DNA of 64,000 nucleotides, taken from contig JAFPXD010000007.1 of assembly GCA_017394835.1 (NCBI GenBank), positions 171,591-235,590 of the forward strand, in the 5' to 3' direction. The translations under genes were made by a program, and so were the position numbers. The stretch is from Clostridia bacterium. GTDB taxonomy: Bacteria > Bacillota > Clostridia > Christensenellales > CAG-138. Positions 56,458-64,000 of the stretch are shown here, one piece after another (within the stretch, counting starts at the first letter, position 1; each line of letters begins with the position of its first letter). The notes under the pieces were generated by a model, which was not told where the DNA came from, did no database searches, and worked only from the letters and a program-made list of their open reading frames with translations.

Positions 56458-56486
56458 GGGTCCCAGCAACCGAAGGAGGGCGGCCT

Positions 56487-56846
56487 ATGGAACCGTGGAA
56501 GATAGGGGAGGAGCTGTTCGATCAGGGCATATCTCCCAAGCTGAAGGGCTTTCACTATATCTGCAGCGCGCTTTCGCTGCTTATCGGGCAGAGGCGCGTT
56601 TTGACGGCGGAGGACGCGGCCCGGGCGATCAGGACGGTCGGCGGGCAGAACGTGCGCAGGACGGAATGCTGCATGCGTTACGCGATCCGCCGCGCGTGGG
56701 AGCTCGGCGAGGGCAGCATCCGCCTTTCGTTTCCGAACCTCAGCTATCCGCCCGCGGTTGTGGAATTCCTGCTCGTGACCCAGTGGAGGCTCGCCGCGGG
56801 GGCGGAGGCCGCGGATAAGGTCGATAAGAGGGTGAAGCGGCTGTGA
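56487..56846 (+). CDS. Stand-alone Spo0A C-terminal (DNA-binding) domain-like protein
   Basis: 119 aa. GISPKLKGFHYICSALSLL.., VRRTECCMRYAIRRAWELGEG and PPAVVEFL parallel the Spo0A effector-domain blocks (..HIKGY.YLREAI.., VERAIRHAIEVAW.., ..NSEFIA). There is no receiver domain. Confidence 0.6.
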   Translation: MEPWKIGEELFDQGISPKLKGFHYICSALSLLIGQRRVLTAEDAARAIRTVGGQNVRRTECCMRYAIRRAWELGEGSIRLSFPNLSYPPAVVEFLLVTQWRLAAGAEAADKVDKRVKRL

Positions 56847-56942
56847 GGGGGAGCCGGCAGCGAAGCGGGCCGAGTAAAGCCCGGAAATAAAAAACCGCCG
56901 GCGGGGCGTAGGGCCCTGCGGCGGCGTGAACAGCAAAACACC

Positions 56943-58016
56943 TTATTGCATCTGCAAAAAGGAAGCGGCGTTGGGATCGATGGAAAGCGGCGAGGGATCG
57001 TGCGCCATGAGCTCGTAATGCCCCTGGCAGGCGATCATGGCGGCGTTGTCGGTGCAGTATTTCATATCCGGACGGCAGAAGCGTATGCCGAACTTATCGC
57101 ATTCCCTCTGCAGCCGCTCCCTCAAAGCGCCGTTTGCGGAAACTCCCCCCGCGAGCGCAAGCGTATTCATGCCGTATTCCCTTGCGGCGCGGACGGATTT
57201 TACGGCCAGAGCGTCCGTCACGGCGCGCTGGAACGAGGCGGCGAGATCCGCCCTGTTCACGCTCTCGCCCTTCTGCTCGGCGTTGTGCATTATGTTCACC
57301 ACGGCGGTCTTTATGCCGGAGAACGAAAAATCATAGCCCTCGCCCTCGTTGAAGGCGGTGTGCAGACGGTATGCCTCCGGGTCGCCGTCCTTTGCGAGCT
57401 TTTCAAGCTCGGGCCCGCCGGGATAGGGGAGGCCCATAGCCCTCGCGACCTTGTCGAAGGCCTCGCCCGCCGCGTCGTCGCGGGTGCGGCCTATGAGAGT
57501 GAATTCGGTGCAGCCGTCAACGCGCACTATATGGCTGTGCCCGCCGGAGGCCACTATGCACATGAAGGGGGGCGTAAGCTCCGGATAGGTGATGTAATTC
57601 GCGGCGATGTGCCCGGTTATGTGATCGACCCCGACGAGGGGCTTGCCCGCGGCGAAGGCGAGGCCCTTGGCGTAGCTCGCGCCTACGAGCAGCGCGCCTA
57701 TGAGCCCCGGACGGTAGGTGACTGAAACGGCGTCTATATCCGAAAGGGTCACGCCCGCCTTTTCCAAAGCGTCGCGCACGACTCCGCCCATCCTCTCGGT
57801 ATGGCTGCGGGAGGCGATCTCCGGCACGACTCCGCCGTAAAGACGGTGGACGGGTATCTGCGTGTGGACGGAGGCGGATAAGACCTCGCGGCCGTTTCTC
57901 ACGACGGCGGCGGCCGTCTCATCGCATGAGGACTCGATCCCCAGCATCAGCGGAGCTTCTTTTTTTCTGTATTCGGCGGCCAGACGGAGCGCCTTTTCAT
58001 AATAGCTTTCAGACAT
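56943..58016 (-). CDS. tsaD: tRNA N6-adenosine threonylcarbamoyltransferase
   Basis: The start is moved to the Met at 58016 (MSESYY). It has GIESSCDETAAAVV, the metal-site VDHITGHIAA and the conserved C-terminal CTDNAAMIA. The upstream 91 codons of the track ORF run through a repeat element. Confidence 0.9.
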   Translation of the reverse strand: MSESYYEKALRLAAEYRKKEAPLMLGIESSCDETAAAVVRNGREVLSASVHTQIPVHRLYGGVVPEIASRSHTERMGGVVRDALEKAGVTLSDIDAVSVTYRPGLIGALLVGASYAKGLAFAAGKPLVGVDHITGHIAANYITYPELTPPFMCIVASGGHSHIVRVDGCTEFTLIGRTRDDAAGEAFDKVARAMGLPYPGGPELEKLAKDGDPEAYRLHTAFNEGEGYDFSFSGIKTAVVNIMHNAEQKGESVNRADLAASFQRAVTDALAVKSVRAAREYGMNTLALAGGVSANGALRERLQRECDKFGIRFCRPDMKYCTDNAAMIACQGHYELMAHDPSPLSIDPNAASFLQMQ

Positions 58017-58065
58017 TATTAACAACCTTTCGTCTCGCGGGCGCCGCCTCGCGAGCCGCATCCCC

Positions 58066-58272
58066 TTGGTCGGCAAGTAACAAAGCTGTTCCGATCCTTC
58101 CCCTATTGAGGGGAAGGGGGACCGCCGCCGCAGGGTTAAAAGCGGCGGTGGATGAGGTGGTCCCGGGGACTGCCCGCAAGACGCTTCCTCACGGTCAGCT
58201 TGCTTATTATAATGAATACTGAAGACTGAAGGATGAATAATGAATAATACGACCCTTCCGTCTTTTCGGAGC
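58066..58272 (+). repeat. Intergenic GC-rich repeat element, copy A (~200 bp)
   Basis: The core at 58087-58160 is tgttccgatccttcccctattgaggggaagggggaccgccgccgcagggttaaaagcggcggtggatgaggtgg. It is near-identical to 62190-62263. Copy A has a shared tail with 2 GAATAAT heptamers (4 in copy B). Confidence 0.85.
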
Positions 58273-58392
58273 AAGCCCCGAAAATCCACCTCCCCTTAAC
58301 AAGGGGAGGCATTGCACACCCGGCTCCCCTTGCGAAGGGGAGGCAGTCAGCCGCTTCGCCGAATTGCGCGCCCTGCGCTTCCCGGTGCGCGG

Positions 58393-58590
58393 TCAGTCCT
58401 TCCCGTTTTCGCGTTCGCGCTTAGCCTCGCCTATCCTGCGGACGGCGTTTATGAAGGTCATGAGGAACGCGGCGAACAGCAGCGCGAGGCCTATAAAGCC
58501 CGCCGCCTTGCTCTTCAGAACGAACATGAGCGCGAAGCACGCGGCGCCGACTACGTAGAGCAGAATGTGGATTATGAGCTTGAGCTTCAC
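58393..58590 (-). CDS. Small two-TM membrane protein (65 aa)
   Basis: It has two hydrophobic helices (IIHILLYVVGAACFALMFVL and FIGLALLFAAFLMTFI) and a basic tail. It overlaps the stop of the upstream gene by 4 nt. Confidence 0.5.
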   Translation of the reverse strand: MKLKLIIHILLYVVGAACFALMFVLKSKAAGFIGLALLFAAFLMTFINAVRRIGEAKRERENGKD

Positions 58591-59501
58591 TTCGTATCCT
58601 CCTTATGCAGGCTCTTGCGGAAGGCCTCTTCGGCCTCCCTGTTTTTTCTTTCGACAGTCAGATTGATGATTTTGAGCACGCTTGCGGCGATCAGAAGAAC
58701 GAACCCCGCGAGACGGAGGGGTTCATAACCGGATATGAGCTCCGCAAAAAGCGCGATGCAGGCCAGCGAATAAAGTGCAAACGCAATAATGGCGGGGACG
58801 GAGAGCCTGGGGCTCGTTATACGGTTGCGTAATACGAGCCACAGCACGCTCACGATCACGGGCGTGAGGAGCCCCAGCCCCGCGATGAGCGCGAAATGCT
58901 TGATGAAATCGGAGAAGAGCTCTGCGGGGCATATGCGGATCATTCGGCTCACCGCGGGATCGAAGGTGGAGCTTTCAAGATCGAGGAACACGACGTGGAA
59001 CATCGTCCAGAAGGAGTCGAAATCGACCGCGATCCATATCCCGAGAGCGATCACGACTATCAGCAACGCGCCGAGGGCGATCAAAAACGCCTTTGAGAAC
59101 GCGATGCACACGTCCTCCTTAAGCACGACGACGAAAACGAAAAGCAGCGAGCCCAATATGAGCGCCGCGAGGCCCAGATTCATCACCGTTACGGTGAGCG
59201 CGCGCACGTCCTTCATGTGGGAAAGCTCGCTTTCGTTGAAGAAGGGCTCGGTATCATAGTCGGGCGGAAGATACACGTCCTCAAGCGTGTCCCTCGCCTT
59301 GATGCTGTAATCCATCATCGAAGTCAGCACGAAGGTGCAGTATTCGGAGCTCCAGCCCGTCTGCGATTGGATATCAAGGCGGTCGTATTCCTTCCTTACC
59401 CACTCGTGGCCGGTGAACACGTGGTAAAGCGCACCCGTGAGCAGGGAGAAGAGGAGCAGCACGGCGGCGATCACAGCCGCGGCCTTGGCAAGCTTTTTCA
59501 T
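58587..59501 (-). CDS. TIGR01906-family integral membrane protein
   Basis: The start is moved to the Met at 59501 (MKKLAKAAAV), with GGAGG upstream. FNESELSHMKDVRAL (HMxDV block) and the C-terminal polytopic region fit TIGR01906/DUF1461 as I recall it. Confidence 0.65.
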   Translation of the reverse strand: MKKLAKAAAVIAAVLLLFSLLTGALYHVFTGHEWVRKEYDRLDIQSQTGWSSEYCTFVLTSMMDYSIKARDTLEDVYLPPDYDTEPFFNESELSHMKDVRALTVTVMNLGLAALILGSLLFVFVVVLKEDVCIAFSKAFLIALGALLIVVIALGIWIAVDFDSFWTMFHVVFLDLESSTFDPAVSRMIRICPAELFSDFIKHFALIAGLGLLTPVIVSVLWLVLRNRITSPRLSVPAIIAFALYSLACIALFAELISGYEPLRLAGFVLLIAASVLKIINLTVERKNREAEEAFRKSLHKEDTK

Positions 59502-59566
59502 GGGAACCTCCTTAAAGCATCGGTTCGTTTTCGGGGCAGGCGGGCTTTTTCCGCTGCGGTCAGCCG

Positions 59567-60397
59567 TCAAAAGGAACCTTCGATAAGCCTCTTGTGCGCC
59601 GCAAACGCCCTTTCGAGATACTCCTCCGGACCCATGCCGAAGTAGGGATCCTTTTCGCGGGGGAGGAGCGCCTTTCCGAATTTGTCGGTGAGGGGATGCT
59701 CTATTTCAAGGCTCCACGCGCCGGTATAGGCGGAGTCGATGAGCTCCCGCCTTATCACGCCCCAGTCGGCATTGCCGTCGAAGGGGATCAGGTGGCTGTC
59801 CGCCGTGCCGTCGTTATCGTGAAGATGGACGGCCTTTATGCGGGGGGCGAAATCGCGGCAGATGCGCGTTTCGGGGCAGACGTAATGATTGTGCCCGCAG
59901 TCGAAGCAGACGCCGACGCGATCGGAATCGACCCTTCGCATCATCTCGTAAAGCGGGTGGATGACCTTCAAATTTTCGAACGCGAGCTCGACCCCGACCT
60001 TTTCGGCGACCTCGATCATCCGCAGGAAGCGGGAAAAGCCGATATCGGTGAAGGGCGGGGGAGTCGAGGTGCGGGTCAGATGCACCACGAGCCTCGGCAC
60101 GCCGTAAACGCCCGCCTCCGCAATGAGGCCTATAAGCTCCTCTGCGTAATGCTCGCCCTCTTCGGAAGCTTCCCAAAGGGAATTCACTCCCGCAAAATGC
60201 AGGTGCGCGTTCTCCACGGCAAGGCCGTGCTTTGCGGCGGTCTCCGCCTTTTTGGGGATGGGCGGCTCGTATGCGGAGCTTGTCGCCCACCATAAAAGCA
60301 CCGCCTTGAAGCCCGCCTCGCTTATGAGGCGGAGGCGGTCGTCAAGCTCCAGCGGGTAGCCGAACCAGCCCGCCATTGCGGGAGTGGGGTTGAACAT
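59567..60397 (-). CDS. Sugar phosphate isomerase/epimerase (xylose-isomerase-like TIM barrel)
   Basis: 276 aa. The blocks ELAFENL, CFDCGHNH and VHLHDNDG are typical of the AP-endonuclease-2/TIM-barrel family. Confidence 0.7.
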   Translation of the reverse strand: MFNPTPAMAGWFGYPLELDDRLRLISEAGFKAVLLWWATSSAYEPPIPKKAETAAKHGLAVENAHLHFAGVNSLWEASEEGEHYAEELIGLIAEAGVYGVPRLVVHLTRTSTPPPFTDIGFSRFLRMIEVAEKVGVELAFENLKVIHPLYEMMRRVDSDRVGVCFDCGHNHYVCPETRICRDFAPRIKAVHLHDNDGTADSHLIPFDGNADWGVIRRELIDSAYTGAWSLEIEHPLTDKFGKALLPREKDPYFGMGPEEYLERAFAAHKRLIEGSF

Positions 60398-60867
60398 TAT
60401 CCTATGCCCCTTTCTTTCAGGAATGAGTCGAGCAGCGCGGCGGCGTATGCGACGAAAGGCGAACAGGGCTTGGGGAACTCCTCCGTGACGAGGGGATGGT
60501 TCGCCTCCGCATAGCGGGGGACGACGTTTTCCTTAAGCTCCGCACAGCTCATCGTGCCGAATTCCGCCTTGAAGGCGTTTATGAGCATCGCGCCCTCCGC
60601 ATAGAGGCGCTGCTTGTGGGAAATATCCTCCGTATCGCAATAGCCGCGGATGAGCCCAAGCGCCATCAGCATTCCGGAGACGGCTCCGCATTGCCCGTGG
60701 GTGCCCGAAACGCCGCCGCCGAAATCGGAGGCGACGCGCAGAAGCGCCTTCTCGTCGAGGTCAATGAGGTCGCGGAAGGCGAGAAGCACCGCCTGGGCGC
60801 AGTTGCAGCCCGAAAGATGCAGCTCTATCGCGAGCGCCGTGCGCTCCGTGCGGGCGAGCTCAGCCAT
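60397..60867 (-). CDS. C_GCAxxG_C_C-family protein
   Basis: It has the signature GCNCAQAVLLAF, QCGAVSGMLMALG and a later CSPF Cys residue. 156 aa. Confidence 0.75.
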   Translation of the reverse strand: MAELARTERTALAIELHLSGCNCAQAVLLAFRDLIDLDEKALLRVASDFGGGVSGTHGQCGAVSGMLMALGLIRGYCDTEDISHKQRLYAEGAMLINAFKAEFGTMSCAELKENVVPRYAEANHPLVTEEFPKPCSPFVAYAAALLDSFLKERGIG

Positions 60868-61702
60868 TTTTTACCTCTTCGCCGCAGATGGACTGCGCAA
60901 GCTTATCCAGCCAGTTCCCCTCGAAAAGCTCTATGAGGCCGGCGTCGCACGCGGCGGCGAGCTTGGGGTTTATGGGGAGCTTCGCAACGTTCAGTATGCC
61001 GTATTCGTTCGCTATCGCGTCAACGTGGCTCTCGCCGTAGATCTTGTGCTGCTCATGGCAGTTGGGGCACTCGAAATAGCTCATGTTCTCGACTATGCCG
61101 AGCACGGGGATGTTCATCATGCCCGCCATCTTGACGGCCTTTTCGACTATCATCTTGACGAGCTCCTGCGGGCTGGTGACGACGATTATGCCGTCAACGG
61201 GGATTGACTGGAACACGGTGAGGGGCACGTCGCCCGTTCCCGGAGGCATGTCGATGAACATGATATCCTCGTTTTCCCAGATGACCTCCGTCCAGAACTG
61301 CTTTACGGTGCCCGCGATGACGGGGCCGCGCCAGATGACGGGATCGGCGGGGTTTTCGAGAAGAAGGTTGATGCTCATCACGTCGATGCCGGTCTTTGTC
61401 CTGACGGGGTAAACGCCGAAGCCGTCTGCCTCCGCGGACTGACCCTCGAGTCCGAAGAGACGGGGGATGGAGGGGCCGGTGATGTCGGCGTCCAGCACGG
61501 CGGTCTTAAAGCCCGCGCGCTGCATTATGGTCGCCATGAGGGAGGTGACGAGGGATTTGCCCACGCCGCCCTTGCCGCTGATGACGGCGATGACCTTCTT
61601 GACGCGGCTCATGGGATTGAGCTGCTCGATCATGCTCGATGAATCGCGGGAGGGGCAGTTTTCACCGCAGGATGAACAATCGTGAGTACAGTTTTCGCTC
61701 AT
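60860..61702 (-). CDS. Mrp/NBP35 (ApbC-type) Fe-S cluster carrier ATPase
   Basis: The start is moved to the Met at 61702 (MSENCTHDCSSCGENC), with AGGAG upstream. It has the deviant Walker A SGKGGVGKS and the CPNC Cys pair. Confidence 0.85.
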   Translation of the reverse strand: MSENCTHDCSSCGENCPSRDSSSMIEQLNPMSRVKKVIAVISGKGGVGKSLVTSLMATIMQRAGFKTAVLDADITGPSIPRLFGLEGQSAEADGFGVYPVRTKTGIDVMSINLLLENPADPVIWRGPVIAGTVKQFWTEVIWENEDIMFIDMPPGTGDVPLTVFQSIPVDGIIVVTSPQELVKMIVEKAVKMAGMMNIPVLGIVENMSYFECPNCHEQHKIYGESHVDAIANEYGILNVAKLPINPKLAAACDAGLIELFEGNWLDKLAQSICGEEVKNG

Positions 61703-61837
61703 TGTAAAGATCTCCTTTAGGGTGTATTTATACAATTACTATTATACCCCGAAAGGGGAAGGTGTCAATGATGGGAAAGGAATATAATGGCGCGATGCAG
61801 GAGCGAAGACGGATGAGGGCATGCTGCCGATCCACCA

Positions 61838-61988
61838 CCTCATCCGGCGCTCCGCGCCAACTTCCCCTCAGTAGGGGAAGGAGGAAAGCAGGTGCAGCGC
61901 ATTACTTCCTCGGCTTTTGCCCAACCAAAAGCCTTCCCCCGCGGCGAAGCCGCAATGCGGGGAAGGTGCCGCGAAGCGGCGGATGAGG
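61838..61988. repeat. Two further partial copies of the hairpin-repeat core (one inverted, one direct)
   Basis: 61838-61881 (ccaccacctcatcc..cttcccctcagtaggggaagg) is the core in reverse orientation. 61930-61988 (ccttcccccgcgg..gcggggaagg..gaagcggcggatgagggg) is in direct orientation. Confidence 0.6.
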
Positions 61989-62167
61989 GGATAAAATCTG
62001 ATACTGCACGTCAGCAGATTGAATGGAAACGATTTTCCCTTCATCCGTCAGCTCGCTTCGCTCGCCCGTTTCTCTCGGCAGCCGCAGCCGCAGCTGCCTC
62101 GTCAAAAAGCTATAAAAGGTTCACCGGACCTTTTATTGCGCTTTTTGCCCCTTGTGCAGGGGAGCCA

Positions 62168-62383
62168 TTTGGTTCGCAAGCAGCAAGGGTGTTCCGATCC
62201 TTCCCCTATGAGGGGAAGGGGGACCGCCGCCCCGCAGGTCAAAGGCGGCGGTGGATGAGGTGGTAGCGGGCACAGCCGGAGAGACGCGGCCCCGCGGCCG
62301 GGCTGCTTAGGGTAATGAATACTTAAGAATGAATAATGAATAATGAATAATGAATAATTACGATCCTTCAGTCTTTTTTGAAG
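62168..62383 (+). repeat. Intergenic GC-rich repeat element, copy B (~215 bp) with (GAATAAT)4 microsatellite
   Basis: The core at 62190-62263 matches copy A apart from a few indels/substitutions. GAATAAT x4 lies at 62331-62358. Confidence 0.85.
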
Positions 62384-62442
62384 GGAGCCCTCTCTTGTGC
62401 GATCCCCTCTTGTAAACGCCCGTCTTTTATGGTATATATATT

Positions 62443-63783
62443 ATGAATCAATATGTTTCGGAGGGACCTATGAGGGATTTTCGCGATTGTTCCTGGGATG
62501 AGGGCACGGAGGCGATATTGGCGCTCCTGCCGAGGCTTACCGTAATGCGCGGCATGCTCGCTTCAAAGCCCATGCGCGAGCTTCAGCGCTGCTGCGAGGC
62601 TGTGGTCGAGGGCAATATCCGCGCCGCGGCAGACGCCTGCTTTTCCATGACGAGCGCCCTGCTTCGGGGCGGTTACAGGCGCATCAGCGGCGATCTTCTC
62701 ATGGATCTCATTCTGCACAAGCTCCTGCTGGAGCCCCATCCCTTTGCGCGGGAGGCCGCCGCGAACCGCCTTGACGAGGCGCTTTACCGCGGCATAAAGG
62801 ATGATATGGAGCTGCTTTCCGCCCTCCGCAGGCTCGATGGTGAAACGCTTTACCGCTTCATACAGGAGCGCTACAAGGAATTGAAGCAGAAGCTCCGTCC
62901 CAACCGCGATTCCGCGACGAGGCTTGCCGAGGCCGCGTGGGGAGGCGGCGCGCTCCGTCCCGAAAAGGAGGAGCCGCAGGAGCCCATGCCCAAGCTCCCC
63001 GCGTATCTTCCCGCCGCCGCGCCCTCATGGGATTACGGCGAGGAGGAGCTTCGCGGCAATTACGTTGCGGACGAGGCGCTTGAAGAGATGTATCACCGCT
63101 TCCTTGAAGGCGGGCCCGATTGGCAGGGCATGGCGGAGGACGTATGGAATTTCTTTGCCGCATACGGCTGCGGCGTGTTCCTTAAGGAGCGCATGTTCGA
63201 GTGGAGAAGGGGAGGTCTCTTCCCCATGGAGGAGCTCCGCACGGAGGAGATGCCCCCCGTGCCGGACAGGGAATACAGGGAATTTCTGGATCACGCGATC
63301 GAATTCATGCGCGGGAGCTGTATGGATCCCGTCCAGATAGTCGGCGCGGCAGGCATGGGCAAGACCTCCATGCTCTTCGCCCTTGCGGAGGAGCTGCCCG
63401 AGCTCCGCTTCATATACGTGCCCGAGTGCCGCTCGATAAACGAGCTTGCGCCCCTCATGCACATACTGCGCGATCAGCCTCTCAAATTCATGGTCGCGAT
63501 AGACGATCCCGCCTTCTGCGGGTTTGCCGAAAGGATGCTCCCCGCGAACGTACTGCTCGCCGCGGTATCCGAAAACGCCGATCCGCGCTTCAAAAAGCGC
63601 ATCCGCGTCCGCGAGCTGAGGCTCGAAGGCTTTATCGACTGCGTACAGCGCATACTCGACCGCCGCGGAGCGGAGCTCCCGCGCGATATAGTGCGCTCCG
63701 CCTGCGTCGATCATCAGGTGGATTCCAAGGGCGAGCTGACCGTAGCCGCCGCGTTTGCCGTTGCGGACGGCCTCATGAGCTGA
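62443..63783 (+). CDS. P-loop ATPase (DUF815-like)
   Basis: 446 aa with the Walker A GAAGMGKTS in the C-terminal third and a Walker-B-like FMVAIDD. The family call is by recollection. Confidence 0.5.
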   Translation: MNQYVSEGPMRDFRDCSWDEGTEAILALLPRLTVMRGMLASKPMRELQRCCEAVVEGNIRAAADACFSMTSALLRGGYRRISGDLLMDLILHKLLLEPHPFAREAAANRLDEALYRGIKDDMELLSALRRLDGETLYRFIQERYKELKQKLRPNRDSATRLAEAAWGGGALRPEKEEPQEPMPKLPAYLPAAAPSWDYGEEELRGNYVADEALEEMYHRFLEGGPDWQGMAEDVWNFFAAYGCGVFLKERMFEWRRGGLFPMEELRTEEMPPVPDREYREFLDHAIEFMRGSCMDPVQIVGAAGMGKTSMLFALAEELPELRFIYVPECRSINELAPLMHILRDQPLKFMVAIDDPAFCGFAERMLPANVLLAAVSENADPRFKKRIRVRELRLEGFIDCVQRILDRRGAELPRDIVRSACVDHQVDSKGELTVAAAFAVADGLMS

Positions 63784-63940
63784 AAATAAGGAACCCGATC
63801 CCGCTTTTTTGAAAAAGGCGGGATATTTATGCAACCGCGAGGGTGCGTTTATCGTCTTTTTAATTGAAGGGCGCATGCCGGCAGGCCCTTTATTCCAAAG
63901 GGCGATGGCCCGCAAACGGAGGGAAAGACCGTGAATAACG

Positions 63941-64000
63941 ACAAAATAATTGAAACGATAGGCGATATAGACCCCGAATTCATTAAGGAGGCGCGTCCGA
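63941..64000 (+). CDS. 5' end of an unidentified CDS (runs off window)
   Basis: GTG at 63941 is preceded by GGAGGG. The open frame VNNDKIIETIGDIDPEFIKEARP resembles a common clostridial N-terminal motif (..IG.IDd.fIeEA). Confidence 0.35.

Noticed and set aside
58017-58289. N-terminal 91-codon extension of tsaD in the ORF track (448 aa)
   Set aside because: The extension reads through the intergenic hairpin-repeat element. Canonical TsaD begins near GIESSCDET, so the Met at 58016 is the supported start.
61762-62266. Track ORFs in the mrp / DUF815 intergenic region (61762-61986, 61892-62266, 62019-62258, 61902-62105)
   Set aside because: They are translations of the GC-rich hairpin repeats, overlapping in several frames and on both strands, with no RBS.

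Overview
This is a 64-kb chromosomal segment from a high-GC Gram-positive anaerobe. Hand-counted 60-nt lines in core genes give about 55-67% G+C. The family content points to Clostridia: a stand-alone Spo0A C-domain protein, TIGR04076, C_GCAxxG_C_C and TIGR01906 families, and TnpX/TnpV/TnpW-type transposon genes. The taxon is inference only.

Layout:
(i) 1-18.9 kb holds core and metabolic genes. These are a two-gene ABC exporter, an esterase, a threonine-aldolase-family PLP enzyme, a hydrolase, and a 940-aa Fe-S/FAD oxidoreductase translationally coupled to two tandem hypB paralogues plus hypA. They are followed by a rhaD-like aldolase, an Fe-S/TIGR04076/Crp cluster, a HAD fusion, a flavin reductase, a lipoprotein metallopeptidase and a TetR regulator.
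(ii) 19.1-31.1 kb is an accessory block. It holds a four-gene HipB / HEPN-like / HipS / HipT operon, an IS1182-type transposase remnant, a DUF4143-type ATPase, and Type I R-M locus 1 (hsdR-hsdS-[TM protein]-[cyclase-fold protein]-hsdM). It ends at a TnpV-like remnant.
(iii) 31.1-38.4 kb is a BlaI/BlaR1(LRR)-lipoprotein-ABC module.
(iv) 38.4-49.3 kb is a low-GC defence operon: HNH-Fic-hsdM-[proteasome-beta-like Ntn hydrolase]-hsdS-[DolA-like]-[ClpB-like AAA+]-hsdR.
(v) 49.3-55.4 kb is an integrative/mobilisable module abutting tRNA-Leu(GAG). It carries a LexA-family repressor, a Com-like zinc ribbon, MobC, VirE, a ParB-like protein, a TnpW-like protein and a TnpX-type large serine recombinase.
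(vi) 55.5-64 kb returns to core genes. It has a repeat-filled non-coding kilobase (about 8 units of a 54/55-bp tandem repeat), tsaD, membrane proteins, Mrp/ApbC and a family of GC-rich hairpin repeats.

The most interesting observation is that both Type I R-M operons carry embedded non-R-M cargo. Locus 1 carries a membrane protein plus a nucleotidyl-cyclase-fold protein. Locus 2 carries a Ser1 proteasome-beta/HslV-like hydrolase, a Dodola-like DolA/ClpB-like pair and an upstream Fic. The Hip module is also unusual because it carries an extra HEPN-motif gene.

All homology statements come from by-eye motif and alignment recognition. No database search was run.
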